A DNA stretch of 64,000 nt from NCBI RefSeq assembly GCF_009834535.1, contig NC_045697.1, positions 73,596,001-73,660,000 on the forward strand, in the 5' to 3' direction. Made by a program: the position numbers and the translations under genes. Shown piece by piece: positions 24,641 through 38,600 of this stretch. Within the stretch, counting starts at the first letter, position 1, and the number at the start of each line of letters is the position of its first letter. The DNA comes from Camelus ferus. Its lineage: Eukaryota. The notes below the pieces were generated by a model, which ran no database searches, was not told the DNA's origin, and saw only the letters and a program-made list of their open reading frames with translations.

Positions 24641-27570
24641 ATATGCTTCCTTTAAGAGATGCATTACGATGCATCTAAACCATTTTCCCATTCACGCTAA
24701 CCATGACCTTTTTAAAAAATAAAGAAATTAATCTGCTGGCTGCAACAGCCAAGAAGAGCTGAGAATTCCTCCCAGCTTCTCCTGACGACCCATCAAAGAC
24801 ATGGGTATCGTCTGTCGGGGCTGTCAGACCCAAGCTGAAATCTCCGCTGTCCTCCTCATCAATGTAGAGCCTTTATGCCTCACAGTTTTCCCTTAACTTG
24901 AGGAAGGTAAGCTTTGTTTTTTCAGTAAATAAAGAATTAAAGTGAAAGAGACAAAGAGTAGTCCCATCAAAGACTTTTCTCAGCTGTTTTGCTTAAGCAC
25001 GCCAATATGAGCTCTAAAGAAAGATTTCCCAAGTATAATAGAGATGGCTGGATTTGTCTTTTTTTTAAATATTGATGCATTAAAGGATACAGGTCATCTT
25101 TGAAAGTAAAAGAAATCTCCACACATTTTTAGGGAGGATGTACTGACACGTATAGATAAATAGATTCCTTTCTGTCTGACACGGAAGCTTCAGGCTGAGG
25201 TAGAGTAGTTAATTTTAGGTACCTCTCAAATTCTATACTATAATAAGTAGAAAATGATCCCAGCCACTGTGAACCCAGATCGAGGTGAGTCCCTGCTGGT
25301 ACTGCCTGGCTGACTCTGACCTCACCTTTACAACTCGTGTTTCACCTTCCAAAAGACACCCCCAACTGCCTACAGAGATATATTTTAAGGGCATTGCTTT
25401 AAAATCCCACTTTGGTTTAGCTTCGTGGAGGGAGAGCTCTGTCGGGTGGGCTGTTCCTTCCTCCTCCCTCCAGCACAAGCAGCAGCACTCAAGCAGTTAA
25501 CCACCTTCCAGAGGTCCTGGTAACACATTCCTGCCGCTACCCTCCTCAGCTCTCCAGAGTCAGATTTCCAAAAATGTCTGTATGGGGGGACATTCACTCC
25601 CCTGCTCACCAGAAAGGGCTTGCAGTCAGGGCCGAGGAAAGTAAAAAATGAGCTTACAAATGTGGGGCAGGAAGTGCATTTTTTTTCTTTTGACTCAAAT
25701 CGCTCAAGCTTCTGTGTGACAGTTGGAGACTCAGGCGGCCAGCATCCTTTACAACGCACATGAAGATAGACAGTTTGCTCCCTGAATACCACTGGCTGGC
25801 ACAGCCCCTAAACAAATTATGAGAAGGTGTGTGGGATGGGAGGACGATTTAGTCTCAATTGTTAACCTACTGGAAGCTATATATGTGCAACTGTAATTAT
25901 ATATATTCATCATTTTATCTCCAGTTGCCTCCGAGTGCTGGCATTTAATGAGTTAAAGTCAAATGACTGTAGCAATTAAGGTTATAAGTAAAATAATCTT
26001 AAGATATTTGACTGAAGGTATAAGCTTGTTCTTTGTGCTGAGCAGGAAGAACACAGGGAAACTGAAAAAGAAGGGAATGGGTTTTAGAGAGTGCATTCAG
26101 CCAAAATAACACACTTGTCCTGACCATCCTGGATACCGCGTCTCAATAATTAGGAGGAGCAATACCCTTCTGTGGGTTGGAAAAGCCAGTAAGAAGGAGA
26201 CTTAAGTTAAGCTAGCATACATCAAAAATAATTGACAATGGTTAGGCTTCATTGTAGAGAAGCCTGCACTGGCATTGCAGCCACCAGCCCACCACCCACC
26301 TAAGAATTATGATTTGAAAAGGATGTCAGAGGATTATAGAAGATCCTTGTGTCTGCTCCAATTAGGATCAACACTTTTGCAGCTTGCTCACTGAGCAGTC
26401 CGTGTGTAATGATGAAAACATATTGACCCCTGCTGGAACTGGGTAGAACTGCAATGTTTTTCCCCCTGCCAAATCTGACCTAAAAGGAAGGCATCCTTGA
26501 ACTATCACTGGCATGAGCCAAGCCTAAAGGACTGTGTTTGCTTATCTGAAAGAAGCCTCTATATCACAATACCAAAATCAAAATAATTTATTAATTACCA
26601 ATATAACTTCAGAATACTCCATGAATCTAAAACAATTGAAATGTCTAATGCTAGAGCCTTCTAATTTTCTATATGGTGTTCATCACTGTCTTGGGTTCAA
26701 ATTGTGGGCAACAGCCAATTAGCATCAAATTTGGATCCTACTATTTTTGAGACTCCCCACAGACTCACTGTCTCTAAAATATAGTATTATTTTCAAAGAA
26801 ACTTAAAATAAGAGAATTATATTAAAATTTTGAGTGATTATTTTGTTTCCACTATGAATATTATCCCAGAGTTTGAATCTTGGGTTCCTTCTAAGCTGTT
26901 TTCCATATGAACAAGGGCTGTAAACTTATGTTATTGTAGAATATGACTGAGAAACTGCCTCTTAGGAATTCTTAGAGAAAAGCTCAGGGGAAAAGATCTT
27001 TCTCAGCATATTTGTGGTCACCAAGTTGTTTTGCAGCTAAGAGATTAGGGGCATGGAACTGTTAACTCACAGAATATATGACTTGTCATCTTGTGGGATG
27101 TATTAAAATGGCAAGGGTATTAGAATTCTTTCTCTGTGTTGGGGGATAGAAAGAAGTGTTTCTTGAATAAGTTAACAGAACAATTACATCACTGTCAGCA
27201 AAGCTGGCATAAGTTCTCCAGCAACACCAAGCGTGGTCTCCTGGCATGCTCTATTAGCTGGCCTGTCATGGGGTTCAGTGCTTAGCCAGGACTCGGAGGC
27301 CAGATCATTTCTGTCTACAGATCATCTCTGTGTACAGATCATTTAACCTGCTCCATTTAATGATTGCCACAGCACCCCTCAGCTCAACCAACTGTTCTGA
27401 AAATACACACTATCAGTCAAATAGAAAAAATTGCAAGCCCCATTCGACCTCCATATAAAGAAAATTTGTATATTGTATTTATAATAGTTCAGTGGTTATC
27501 TTAATATGACAGTTCTTGGCTGAAAATTGAAAAGGGAGCTCCATTTTAGGGTAAACTGAAGCACCTCACA

Positions 27571-27731
27571 GGGGAGGGTATAGCTCAAGTGGTAGAGCAC
27601 GTGCTTAGCATGCACATGGTCCTGGGTTCAATCCGCAGTACTTCCTCTTCAAATAAACTTAATTACTTCCCCACCCCAACCCTCACCAAAATAAAATAAT
27701 TAAATAATACAATAATAAATAAATAAAAATA
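27571..27731 (+). mobile_element. tRNA-derived SINE (camelid type)
   Basis: 'ggggagggtatagctcaagtggtagagcac...ggttcaatcc' with A-rich tail. Near-TSD aagcacctca / aagtacctca. Confidence 0.92.
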
Positions 27732-30211
27732 AAGTACCTCATGCTAAACTGATTATGTATGTGATGTCATACTGGTTTTGTATTTTTAGTGAAAAAAAAA
27801 AAGTTGAGTCAAAAACCCAGTCCTGGAACATGAACTGGATGAAAGCAGGGACTTTATCCTGTGACCAACTCCTATCCCCGGTACCTAGGACATCACTCTG
27901 CATGTAACAGGCAGTTACTAAATGTTTTTAATTTATGAACTATATATTTTTAAGTAATAATACTACTCAGCTTGTTTCCTGACTTTCCTATGTTCCAAAA
28001 ATATAACAACTATCGACAAATTACTCACTGAATTTCTGCAAACCTCAATTTCTTCAGCTATAAAATGAAGACAATTACAACTGTCATTTCAAGAAAATAA
28101 AATGAGATTAAGTTTACAGAGATACTTGATGAATTTTAAAACACAACACAAACTGCATTATAAGTAAAACTGTGTACAGTAAAGTCTTAAATAAGTATTT
28201 CTCTCCTTAGAATCAAGAAAAATTCCAGGGTAAAGGAAGAGTTAGAAAAAAAGGGTTCATAAAGATCATAGACTCTGAACCAAACATCAACCTATCGAGT
28301 TAAATGAGGAAAAAAAAAGTTGATAGCATTTGTTAAAGAAAAACAATTTCAAAGGAGTCACATGGATTATTACTGTAGATTATCTTAATGAGAGACAAGG
28401 ACAGACAGCAGTGGGGAAAGCGTATGAGTAATCCTTTCAACAGGGCCAGAAAAATAGAAATTAGCTTGATTTCCCAGAAATAATGCTGTCAGAAAAGCAG
28501 AAAGAAATATTGCTGTCAGAAAGCCAGCACAAATAGAAGCCCGAGCTATCGTGGCTCTGAATCACAGGGACAGCCATTTTAAAAAGTCCCTGTCCACGAC
28601 ATTTACACTTCACATTTGCTCAAGAAACAAAACATTTGAACAGTAATATACAGGGACATTCTAAGCCAAATTTATCGTTTAAGATGGAAAACATCAACTA
28701 AAATGCCTATCTGTCTTACCAGGAAAATTGTACAATCTTCAAGTCAAAGCTAAATACTTCTCAGAACCTCTCTAGGTTGCCATGTGATTTCCTGTAACTC
28801 ATTTTCAGTGATAGACATATAATTAAGAAAGAAAAAAAGATGCAGAAGATGAAAGAGGGAATGGGAGAGCTCTTGTGATGTGTTTTAAAATGCTCCTCCT
28901 GCTCTGAGCAGGTCAAGGTAATGCAGTCATGCATAGTCCACTGGCTTCATTTAGAGTCTTAGAACCTTTGCAATATATTTCAGAAAACATAGCACTCGCT
29001 GCAAAACTGACTGCCGAAAACACTTAGCGGGGGTGGTGCCAAGACCTGGTCACCTCAGTCGACTAAAGCCCTAGCTGTCATTCCTTAAGATCTCAGCATA
29101 TCTCAGTGCTTTGTGGCAACCTCGTTCAGCCTTTAAGACACACCATTTTGCACTGTTCATAATTTTCAAAAGGAGATTTAATCTACCAGACAGAGGTAGA
29201 GTTTTCATCTATAAAGGATGAATTTGTGATTGCAGAGGATTTACCAGGTCAAAATTCAACTGCATTGGGGACCAGAAGTTACTATGGCCATAGTCCTGTA
29301 TATTCTGGTCAGCCTATTGCCCCTAATCCCAAATTAACAAACAAGTCTTTCCAACGCAAGTTAATTTACATCCAGATGTTAGCCAAAATGTCTAAATATT
29401 CATGTCCCATAGACAATGACTATCTCCTATAAATACAGTCCATCACCAACTATTCAATAAACAGTATGCTTCATATTACAGAAATAGAAATCCCTACTTT
29501 TTTATATATATAAAACACTTACTGGTAGCCATCATACAGGCGACTGGGCTATTCAAGTTGTATTTAATAGAGTAATCACTTAACTGCTGGCTAAATAAAA
29601 CTTACAAGAGAGTGTAAAAAGCACATGGAAATTTTAATTACAATTTACACTTTTAAAAAACTACTCCACAGGTCAAAATAATAAAAATTGCAAAATTCAT
29701 CAAAAAGAATGGTATGATCATGACAAATGAATAAACCAAAGAAATCCAGTAGCTTTAAGCCTCGATCCCTAAACCCTATCACTTTTCTGATATCTTTCTT
29801 CAGCCTGACCCTAAATCATTCATGCTTCACCTGGATAATGACAATTAAACATTACTCAGTATTCTTCACTTTAAATTCTTCTCCACTGTCACTTCAACTG
29901 TAATGGATTATTATAACCTAGTCATTATTTAAGTGACTTTTTTGATTAGTGATTTGGGGAGGGGTGGCATAATTCAGTTTTTTAAGTGTAATTCATGTAC
30001 TGTAATTATTTCAAACTGATGGTCAAAATCATTTCCGTAGAGAATTTCCCCTTCCATTTTTATTCAATCATCCCATATTATCTGTTTACCTGAAAATTTT
30101 GAATATCATACCGGGTAGGGAAAGTGAGAGAGAGAGAAGATCTGCTTAAAAAGAAAAATTAACCATAAAAATTGCTATATTTGAGCATCTTTTATGTAAA
30201 GCGCTACTTTG

Positions 30212-30213
<2 letters not shown>

Positions 30214-30257
<44 letters not shown>

Positions 30258-30260
30258 ACA
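30214..30260 (+). repeat. (CA)n microsatellite
   Basis: About 23 CA units with one TA interruption. Confidence 0.95.
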
Positions 30261-30279
30261 GAAAGCCCACATCTACTCT

Positions 30280-31035
30280 ATCATCAGGCCATGTCAGTTT
30301 TATCTCCTACAGATCTTCTGAATCCCTTTACTTCTTTCCGTGCTCTCCACCAAACAGGTACAGGTGACTTCTATTTCTTGTTTGGACTTCCTCACCAATT
30401 CTCTGCTGGGACTTCCCTGCTCTAATCCAACCACCCCCGCATCCTCCCATCTCCCCCACCCCACTACCCCACCACCCTCACCCAAACCAACTCCAATCAA
30501 TTCTCCTCAAGGCAGCCAGAGGGACCTTCTAAAATGCAAGGCAAAAATCCAGTAAAGTCACCTACCTACTTCACACCTTTCAATGGCTTCCCACCATTCT
30601 TAGGCTAAAGATAAATTCTTTACATGGACTACAAGGAACTGCATGGTCAGCTTTCTACCAGCATCCCCAGCCTCTGCTCCCGCTAGTAATGTTGGTCTCC
30701 AATTCACCGTATTCTCTCTCTCCTCCTGTTTCTATTCTTTACCCCGTCCACTTAACCTGCAGCTCTCATTAGGGGTCTTCCATGAGGAAACTGCCTGATC
30801 CTATTTCAAATTCCCTCACCACAGGCTCTCTCAGAATCTCCCCCTCAGAGCCCTTTCTCACAATTGCAGTTTCACAGGAGCTTATTGATAAACTAATGTT
30901 GTCTCACCTTGTAGACTACTAGCTCCGAGAGGGCAGAGGCAAACTTGGCTTTGTTCATCATTCTATCCCCGGGGCTTGGGAAAAAGGTCTGTCTTAGGAA
31001 ATTCTCACTGGAAAATTTTTGAATGAATGAATGAA
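30280..31035 (+). mobile_element. L2 3' portion
   Basis: 'ccttcaatggcttccc', 'tagactactagctccgagagggcag' and tail 'gaatgaatgaatgaa'. Confidence 0.75.
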
Positions 31036-32055
31036 TTCAGATTACCTAATCTCATGCCTTAACCTACCCATTCACCACCAACCTGTCCTAAATTTGTGAA
31101 GTCTTAACTACAAAGTTGTTTTGACAGTCAGAATAACTTGGCTCCACTCTAGTATACATAGAAATCTTTCTCTTGGGTTGTAAATCTCCCCAAATATTTT
31201 AAGATTTTGGTTAAGAAGGCTTGCCATCTTAATTTTTGTTTTCTGCTTAAAAATATATATATATATATAAATGCTTGACACAAACATGTCTGAAAGCTTG
31301 ATGTTATACTTTTAAATTTGATTCAGGGAAGGAACAAACACTTATTCAATACCTACTTTCTCTGTTTGCTTCTGTTACTCAACCTCAATATTTACTTAAA
31401 AATAGTTAACCACTCATACAATGAAAGGGGCCACTCTGCCATGCATGCTCAAATTTAAAGAAATATGAGAGGTGGAATAGCTCAGATTTAAATTTACTAA
31501 ATATGCCATAGATGAAGCACAGATGATTCCACTATTAAAAAGGGATCCCATGTTCTTCTGTTGTTGTTGTTCTTCTGTAAACAATGTAAGTACGTAGGAT
31601 CAAGAACAAATATTATTGGGGAACATAGGACCCAGAAGTGACTTGTAATCCTGAAGTTTATTTCTATCCCATCCCAATGTGGGACCACACACTAGCAAGT
31701 TTATAAATATATAGTTGTTTTTTAGCATCTATAAAGAATATTAAAACGCTTTACAAAGAAATGTTAAATTAACCAGATTACTAGCAGAGGTGTGGACTCT
31801 AAGACAGATGTCTGTGCTAAAAACAAATAATTCTTTCATTATAAATCTCATCTATTTCTTGGGTAAACCTTGGTCTTCTCCCTTTCTATTTTCTCCTGGC
31901 TTGAAGCTACTCTTTTTCTTTCTTATCCCCTCTCTCTAATGACAGTTTTCTTTGTGCCATCACAAAGCTCTTCTTATTCATCACCTCTTAGACAAATGCT
32001 TTTCAAATTTTTTGCTATTTTGTAAATTCAGGAGATGCTCTTTTAAAGATTACAT

Positions 32056-32430
32056 GTGATACCACTTATATGTGGAATCTAAAAAAGAAAGCAAATGAAC
32101 TTATTTACAAAACAGAAAGATTCACAGATACAGAAAACAAACTTATGGTCACCATGGGGGGAGGGGGTGGGACGGGATAAACTGGGAGTTTGAGATTTCC
32201 AGATACTAACTACTATATATAAAACAGATAAACAACAAGCTTCTACTGTATAGCACAGGAAACTATATTCAATATCTTGTAGTAACCTATAATGAAAAAG
32301 AATATGAAAACAAATATATGTAATATATGTATGACTGAACTACTATGCTGTACACCAGAAATGGACACAACCTTGTAAACTTAACTATACTTTAATTAAA
32401 TAAATATTTTAAAGATAAATTTTAGAAAGA
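32056..32430 (+). mobile_element. Young 5'-truncated L1 3'UTR (cetartiodactyl/camelid type)
   Basis: 'cacttatatgtggaatctaaaa...gaacttatttacaaaacagaaa...tgtatagcacagg'. Near-TSD aaagattacat / aaaaattacat. Confidence 0.88.
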
Positions 32431-33454
32431 AAAAATTACATTTATTTTCCCCTACATATTGTAAAATAGATAAAAGTGCTAAGACTTTCCACAGATAAAT
32501 ATAGAAATCTAGTTTCTGTCATTCAAATCCATTAATCCCTGAATATCATTTCTGAAGCTTCGGTAGCATTTGCCATCATTGTAAAGGCACATCTCTGTTG
32601 CCCTCTTCATTCCTGTCTGTATCCCATCACCATACTTTTTTCTTTAAAACTTTTTTTCATTTTATTCTTGCCTATAATATTCTAACTTGCTTTTTCTCCG
32701 ATTTTCTCTTTGGTTAAGTCATCTTAACTTGCTTTTCTGAAAAGCTGAAAAGTAGACAAGAGGAATTTCTGTGAATTGGAGGCTTTCGCTCCTTATTAAA
32801 AACATACTCACTTCCTCTAAAAGAAATGTAAAATGTGAACTGTTGAATATTAAAGATGCAATAATAAAATGGAGAAGTGGAATGTATCATCTTCAAGAAT
32901 GATGGAAATAGGAAACAACACCAGGAGTCCCCACTGACAAAGATCTAACTTGAAACAAGTCAATTAAGATACACTCGTGTTGGATGGAGTTAGGTGGTGA
33001 ATGTTCTGAACATGCTGCCTGTGATTATGGAAACCACACATACAATGTGGGGATTTTTTTTCTTTCTTTTCAATACCAAGGGCAGTGTGTGTACGGGGGG
33101 AACTGGGTGCAGGGGGGTAGGGTGAAGAAGGGGGTGTGGGATCTCACAATTTCATAGAAAATCTAAAAGGGATTCATGACAAAATTGTGGAGTGTCCATT
33201 ACTTTGGTGTATATTAATGTTGAGATTTTCAACTGTTGTACTTTTTCTAAGCCCTTATGATGAAGATTCTTCTAGTTTCTTTTTATTTGTATTAAAGCTG
33301 ATCTGATCACGTTAAGAACCATTAATCTACAGATGAAATAAAATTATGTTTTCTTAAACCTTTGCATATTATCAGATATGAGATGGTATTGCTTTTGTTG
33401 TTATTACTATTTTCTAACCAGGCACCTAGAACCATACATTAAGAAAGTAAAGAT

Positions 33455-33740
33455 GTGGGTGTCAAAAGGTACAAACTTCCAGTTATAAAATAAATAAGTC
33501 ACGGGGATATAACGTATAGTAGGGTGATTACAATTAGTAATACTGTATTGTATATGAGAAAGTTGCTAAAAGAGTAAATCTTAAAAGTTCTCATCACAAG
33601 AAAAAACTTTGCGACTATGGTGGTGGATGTTAACTAGAATTACTGTGGTGATCATTTTGTTATCCATACAAGTATCAAATCATTATGGTGTACACCTGAA
33701 ACTAATATGATGGTATGTCAACTACACCTTAATTAAAATA
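33455..33740 (+). mobile_element. L1MA-type 3' end
   Basis: Homologous to 14865-15160 ('gtcaaaaggtacaaacttccagtta'). Confidence 0.85.
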
Positions 33741-34029
33741 TATATTTTTAAATGTGCAGGTTTATCTTTTTAACATAATTGACTTCATTCTGTTTCTTAC
33801 TATCTTCACAAAAATATATTCTCTCACAGCTGCCCATATAGATTCAAATTTGCTTTCTGCAGGAAATGCTTCCAATGTGAATTACCTCTTCATCTTGGCA
33901 TACTCTCCTATTGGTTATAATAATCTGGGTTATAAGTACTTATGGTCATTTGTATATTGTTTGACAAGCATTATTTCATGTGTACGTCCTGAACCCTCAA
34001 CTAAGATGTAAACTTGAAGAGAAATAATA

Positions 34030-34282
34030 AAATTAATTGTTCAAACAAAAAGTACAGGCTTTCATGTCAAAAGAAATGTTCAAATCCTACTTCCATCATT
34101 TCCTATTAGCTTGACCACAGATGATTTACTTACTCTTCCTAAACCTTAATTTCCTATTTATAAAATGCAGAAACCAACAGTACCTAGTTCTTAGGCCGGT
34201 TATTGGGATCACATTATTTAATGTACAGATTTAGCTCAAGAGCTGATACACATTAACTCAATAAGTATTGTTGTTATTATTA
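34030..34282 (+). mobile_element. MIR
   Basis: 'ttcaaatcctacttccatcattt', 'ccttaatttcctatttataaaatg', 'ctcaataagtattgttg'. Confidence 0.65.
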
Positions 34283-34694
34283 AATGCCTTAAAATTAAAC
34301 ACCTATTTCCTTGGTTCTTCTGTATTTAAACATTCATACTCATTGATTATGGTATTTTAATATACAATGTGTTCCTAATATATATAGTTTGAATGATAAG
34401 ACTGAAGTTCACTATGATTATTATTGCTGTTGTTATTATTACCACTATTATTATTGGCAGTATAATTCTTGTGAACATAGAATTAGTACTAAAATTATCA
34501 TCTGATTGCAAACCAGTCATGTGACTTTCTTGTATTTTACTATCTATATCTGGAAAAAAACATTTTTTATCGAAGTGTCTGCTTTCTGTATTTTGAGGGT
34601 TATTAAGAGTAATTACTGCTGGAGGCATGAGATGATAAATTCTGAGTAGAGTTCCGGAAACCAGTTTGGGTTTTTTTTTCCTGTGGTTTCAGTA

Positions 34695-34953
34695 CTTTAT
34701 TTTATTTTGAACATTTTTTATTGAGTTATAGTCATTTTACAATGTTGTGTCAAATTCCAGCGTAGAGCACAATTTTTCAGTTGTAACATCAACATACATA
34801 TATTCATTGTCACACTTTTTTTCCGCTGTGAGCTACCACAAGATCTTGTATATATTTCCCTGTGCTATACAGTATAAACTTGTTTATCTATTCTGCATAT
34901 GCCTGTCAGCAGCTACAAATTTTGAACTCCCAGTCTATCCCTTCCTGCCCCCC
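34695..34953 (-). mobile_element. Young 5'-truncated L1 3'UTR
   Basis: 'tatagtcattttacaatgttgtgtcaaatt...ccctgtgctatacagta'. Flanked by repeated gtttgggtttt. Confidence 0.85.
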
Positions 34954-37304
34954 TGGTTTGGGTTTTGAGTTCACCAAATTGAACGCCACAGACAATTGTG
35001 TGCTAGTCTACATTCCAATTTTAATACATTTTCACTGGACACATTCCAGGTGGGAGGCATTTTTCTGAGCACTGGGGATACAGTGGAGAACAAGACAGAC
35101 GTCCCACCCTCACAGCTTAGCATGCAGAGCCAGTGCACATGGGGGCTACAATGGTGGCAGGAGAATGAAGTACTTGTAATATCCCTAAGTTTTGAGGATC
35201 AAAGTTCAGCTCTAAAGAATGATGAAACCATACTGAATTGATCCAGACAGTGTCATCAGAAGCAAATGAGAACTGCTGGGCATAAGACTATATTGAAAAG
35301 TCAGACCCACTTGCCTATTTTGTGTTGAATAGCCTTAGTATGAAATGGAAAAATCACTCAAGTTTCAGATACTCATTTGGGTGTGGAGCAAGCTTCCTGG
35401 AATGAAGAACCAGGAGGGAGACTCAGAGAACAGTCTTCTCACAAACACTTCCTGCTCAAACTTGTTTCAGACAGACTGAACATTTTACAAGAACAGGTTT
35501 CTTATTATATTCCTTTTAGCCTCCTGGACTGAAATCAGCTGGCTGAGAACCATTAGAAAAGTATCAAGCCTTTTCAAACCTAGAGTAAAAAGGAGTGTTT
35601 TATTGAAAGCTTTTTATTTTTATTCTACCCATATATCTGTATCTTTCTACATAACAACTTGATACATATTTCAGATGCTTTCTTAATTTACAGTCTCCAA
35701 AAATACAGATAAGTTAAATTAAATGGCAAATTCTAACACCTGTTGCAAATAAACAAGCTTAGAAAAGCTTCCCTGGACATGCTGATGGCCAGCTTTAACC
35801 TGCTGCTGAGAATTAATGAAAACCATTTTAGAGAGCTGTATATTTTAAAGGAACGCCCCCCTCCCCAGGTTTTTTTGGGAAGCTAAAGAATTTCGAGGAG
35901 TAGGCAACGAAATCAATCCCTGCTGTATTCATTTTCTCTCAAGACTTCCAAAAACCTTTGAGAAAAATTTCAAAGAAAGAAAAAATGAGTTTACCTGTTC
36001 AAATTCAGGAAAATCTGACAACATCCTAATTCAAGAACATGTCCATGACTCCACGAACTTCAGAACTAGGTTAAATTTCTTGGCGTGAGTCCATAACCAG
36101 AAGTTTCTAAGAAGCATCTAGAAATTGTTGACAATTGGAATATATTTCTATCACCAAAGCCTCTAGGCCTTTGTACTTTCTGTTCTGTGTGCCCGGAATG
36201 TTTTTTCCCTCATTCCATACATAGTTTTACTTTATCCCTTCATTTCACTTAACTCTCAAACTATAACCCTTGTCCTGCACCACCCCCCAATTTATAGTAC
36301 CCTAACTTTCCTTGATCAAAAGCCCCATGCCAGAGTCATTTCTTCTTCACTGATATTCTGTTTGTGTTTACCACACAACTTTTTTCCCTACCCACTTACA
36401 TTATTTATATCTTCTCCTCTGGTTAATTTCCATCCCTGGCAGCCTCACAGTCTGTCTGGCTTTCCAGCCAACTGTGGGAAGATGGACACAATCAACCTGG
36501 AGGCAAGAGCAAGGCAATGCATTTTCTGTCTTCTCATCACAATAGCTGGTTGTAACAGGATTCAAGAAATGTGTTCCGTAGGAGATGAAGGGATCCTCTT
36601 CTCTATTAAATTAAGCCTTTGGCGTTCTTAGATTTGATATGTGAGATTTTACATTTTTGCACATAGCCTGAAGGTTTATGGTATGGACTAATTTCTAGTT
36701 TTCCTGAGTTTTGAATCTGAGTCTTCAGTAAGTCTTGGAGACAATCACAATCTCTCAACAGGATTTACTGCTTTCCACTAGAAATTGTTTACAGAGTATA
36801 TTTTGTTACCAAATTTGGGGATTTTTAACATTTCAGGATGTATTTCTTATCTATAACAAGTGGTGCTGCATTTATGGTGGCTCCATTTTGTACATTAAAT
36901 TCCTAGTACTGGCATCAAAACTTAAAAGTATAAAGAATTGTACATTTTAACTGCACAGTGGGACACACAGATGGGCTGTGAAATAATTGACTATAGTTGT
37001 TACTCTTTGGGAGAGTGGGATTGAGGGTGAGAGGAGAAAGAAATAATATATACCCTGATATTGCATAAAAATTATCAAGGTGTCTAAACAGAAGAAAACA
37101 GAATATAATTGAATTTAACTATCCCAAGCAGTATGAGCCAAGTATTTATTAAACTGTGTCAAAGCAGAAAGTGTTGAGAATAAAATATTTTCTGGTAGTT
37201 TGTAAAAGAGGTAGGATTAACCTCCAGACTATTATAAAGAGGTATATGAAAATAAAGTGAAGCCTGCTACCATTAGCATAAAAAAAATCATCAAAAGCTA
37301 ATAA

Positions 37305-38345
37305 CCCAGGGCCAGATCTTGGCTTCAAATATATTTCCCAGTAAAAGGAATCAGGGTTACACAGAGGAACAGTTGATCTCGGGCGGGGTCAGGGAGTACA
37401 CAAGGCAAGCCAGAGTAACTTGCAGGGCGAGAAAGGAAGGAAGCACTCAAAAGCCAAAGGGGTGGGACACGTCTAAAGGACACAGGCGCCATCGTGAAAA
37501 AAGCTCTCAACAGCCAAAACTGGATCATTCTAAGCAGTTAATAAAATAATGTTGTACGGCGAAATTATAACCCAAAATATAAAATAGATGTCCATGAGTT
37601 CAAACTGATATAAATAAATGATTGAATCAATTACATAAATAAATAAATTAGGGAGCAAAGATAAATCTGTTACAGAAGAACCTAAATAATTTTTGTAAAT
37701 ACTCCTCACAAGTAGGGGACCTGAGCTCCCCATTTCTTGAGTGCTGGCCACACTTAGTGCCTTGATTTTAAAGAGTGTGGAAAGGTAGGGGCAAAACTAA
37801 ATTTACAGGAGAGAAACCTGACAAACACTATTTAAGCCAGGTGATCAAGGTTAACATCCAATAAGTCAGGTTGATAGTGTGTACCCTCAACACACGGTGA
37901 TGGGATGAGCACGTCACCTCTACAGTCTCCCTCTCATCAACACTATCTCTAGGTCTATCATGAGAAAAATATTAGACAAATCCCAAATGAGGGACATTCT
38001 ACAAAATACCCAACCGGTACTCCTCAAAACAGTCAAGGTCATCAAAAACAAAGTCTGAGAAACTGTCACAGCCACGAGGGGACTCAGGAAGGCATGATGA
38101 TTAAGTGTAACATAGAAGCCTGGATGGGATCTTGAAACAGGAAAAAAAAATTAGAGGAAAACTACCGAAATCTGAATAAAGCATGACATTTAGTTAATAG
38201 TAATGTATCAGTGTTGGTTTCTTGGCTGTGACGAAGTTACCACAGAAATGTAAGATTTAACAGTGAGGGAAACTGGGTGTGGAACTCTCTATACTCTCTT
38301 TGAAGCTTTTCTGTAAATCTAAAACTATTTAAAGATGCAAATTGT
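37305..38345 (+). mobile_element. L1MC-type 3' portion
   Basis: 'gagaaacctgacaaacacta', 'gagggacattctacaaaatacc', 'ctgtaaatctaaaactatt'. Confidence 0.8.
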
Positions 38346-38454
38346 TTTTAATTAACCAATAGATCCCAATTATATAAAGGAATACATTAGGAATACTTAA
38401 AACTAAAATATTTTTATCCCTTGGGGACTAAGAGTAATATTAAGAATAAGAACA

Positions 38455-38600
38455 CCAATAACTATCATTTATTGAATGCTTACAAAGTTCCAGCACCATG
38501 CTTCAGAAAACACATATTAACTCATTTCACCCAGGAAGCAAGCCTGTGAGCCAGGTCCTCATCACCACCCTTCTTCTATATATGAGGAAACTGAGGCAAA
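38455..38600 (-). mobile_element. MIR
   Basis: 'catttattgaatgcttac...atgaggaaactgaggc'. Confidence 0.7.

Noticed and set aside
28476..28592. Short direct repeat (tgctgtcagaaa x2) and 8-bp inverted repeat (acagggac/gtccctgt)
   Set aside because: Too short to distinguish from local duplication or chance.
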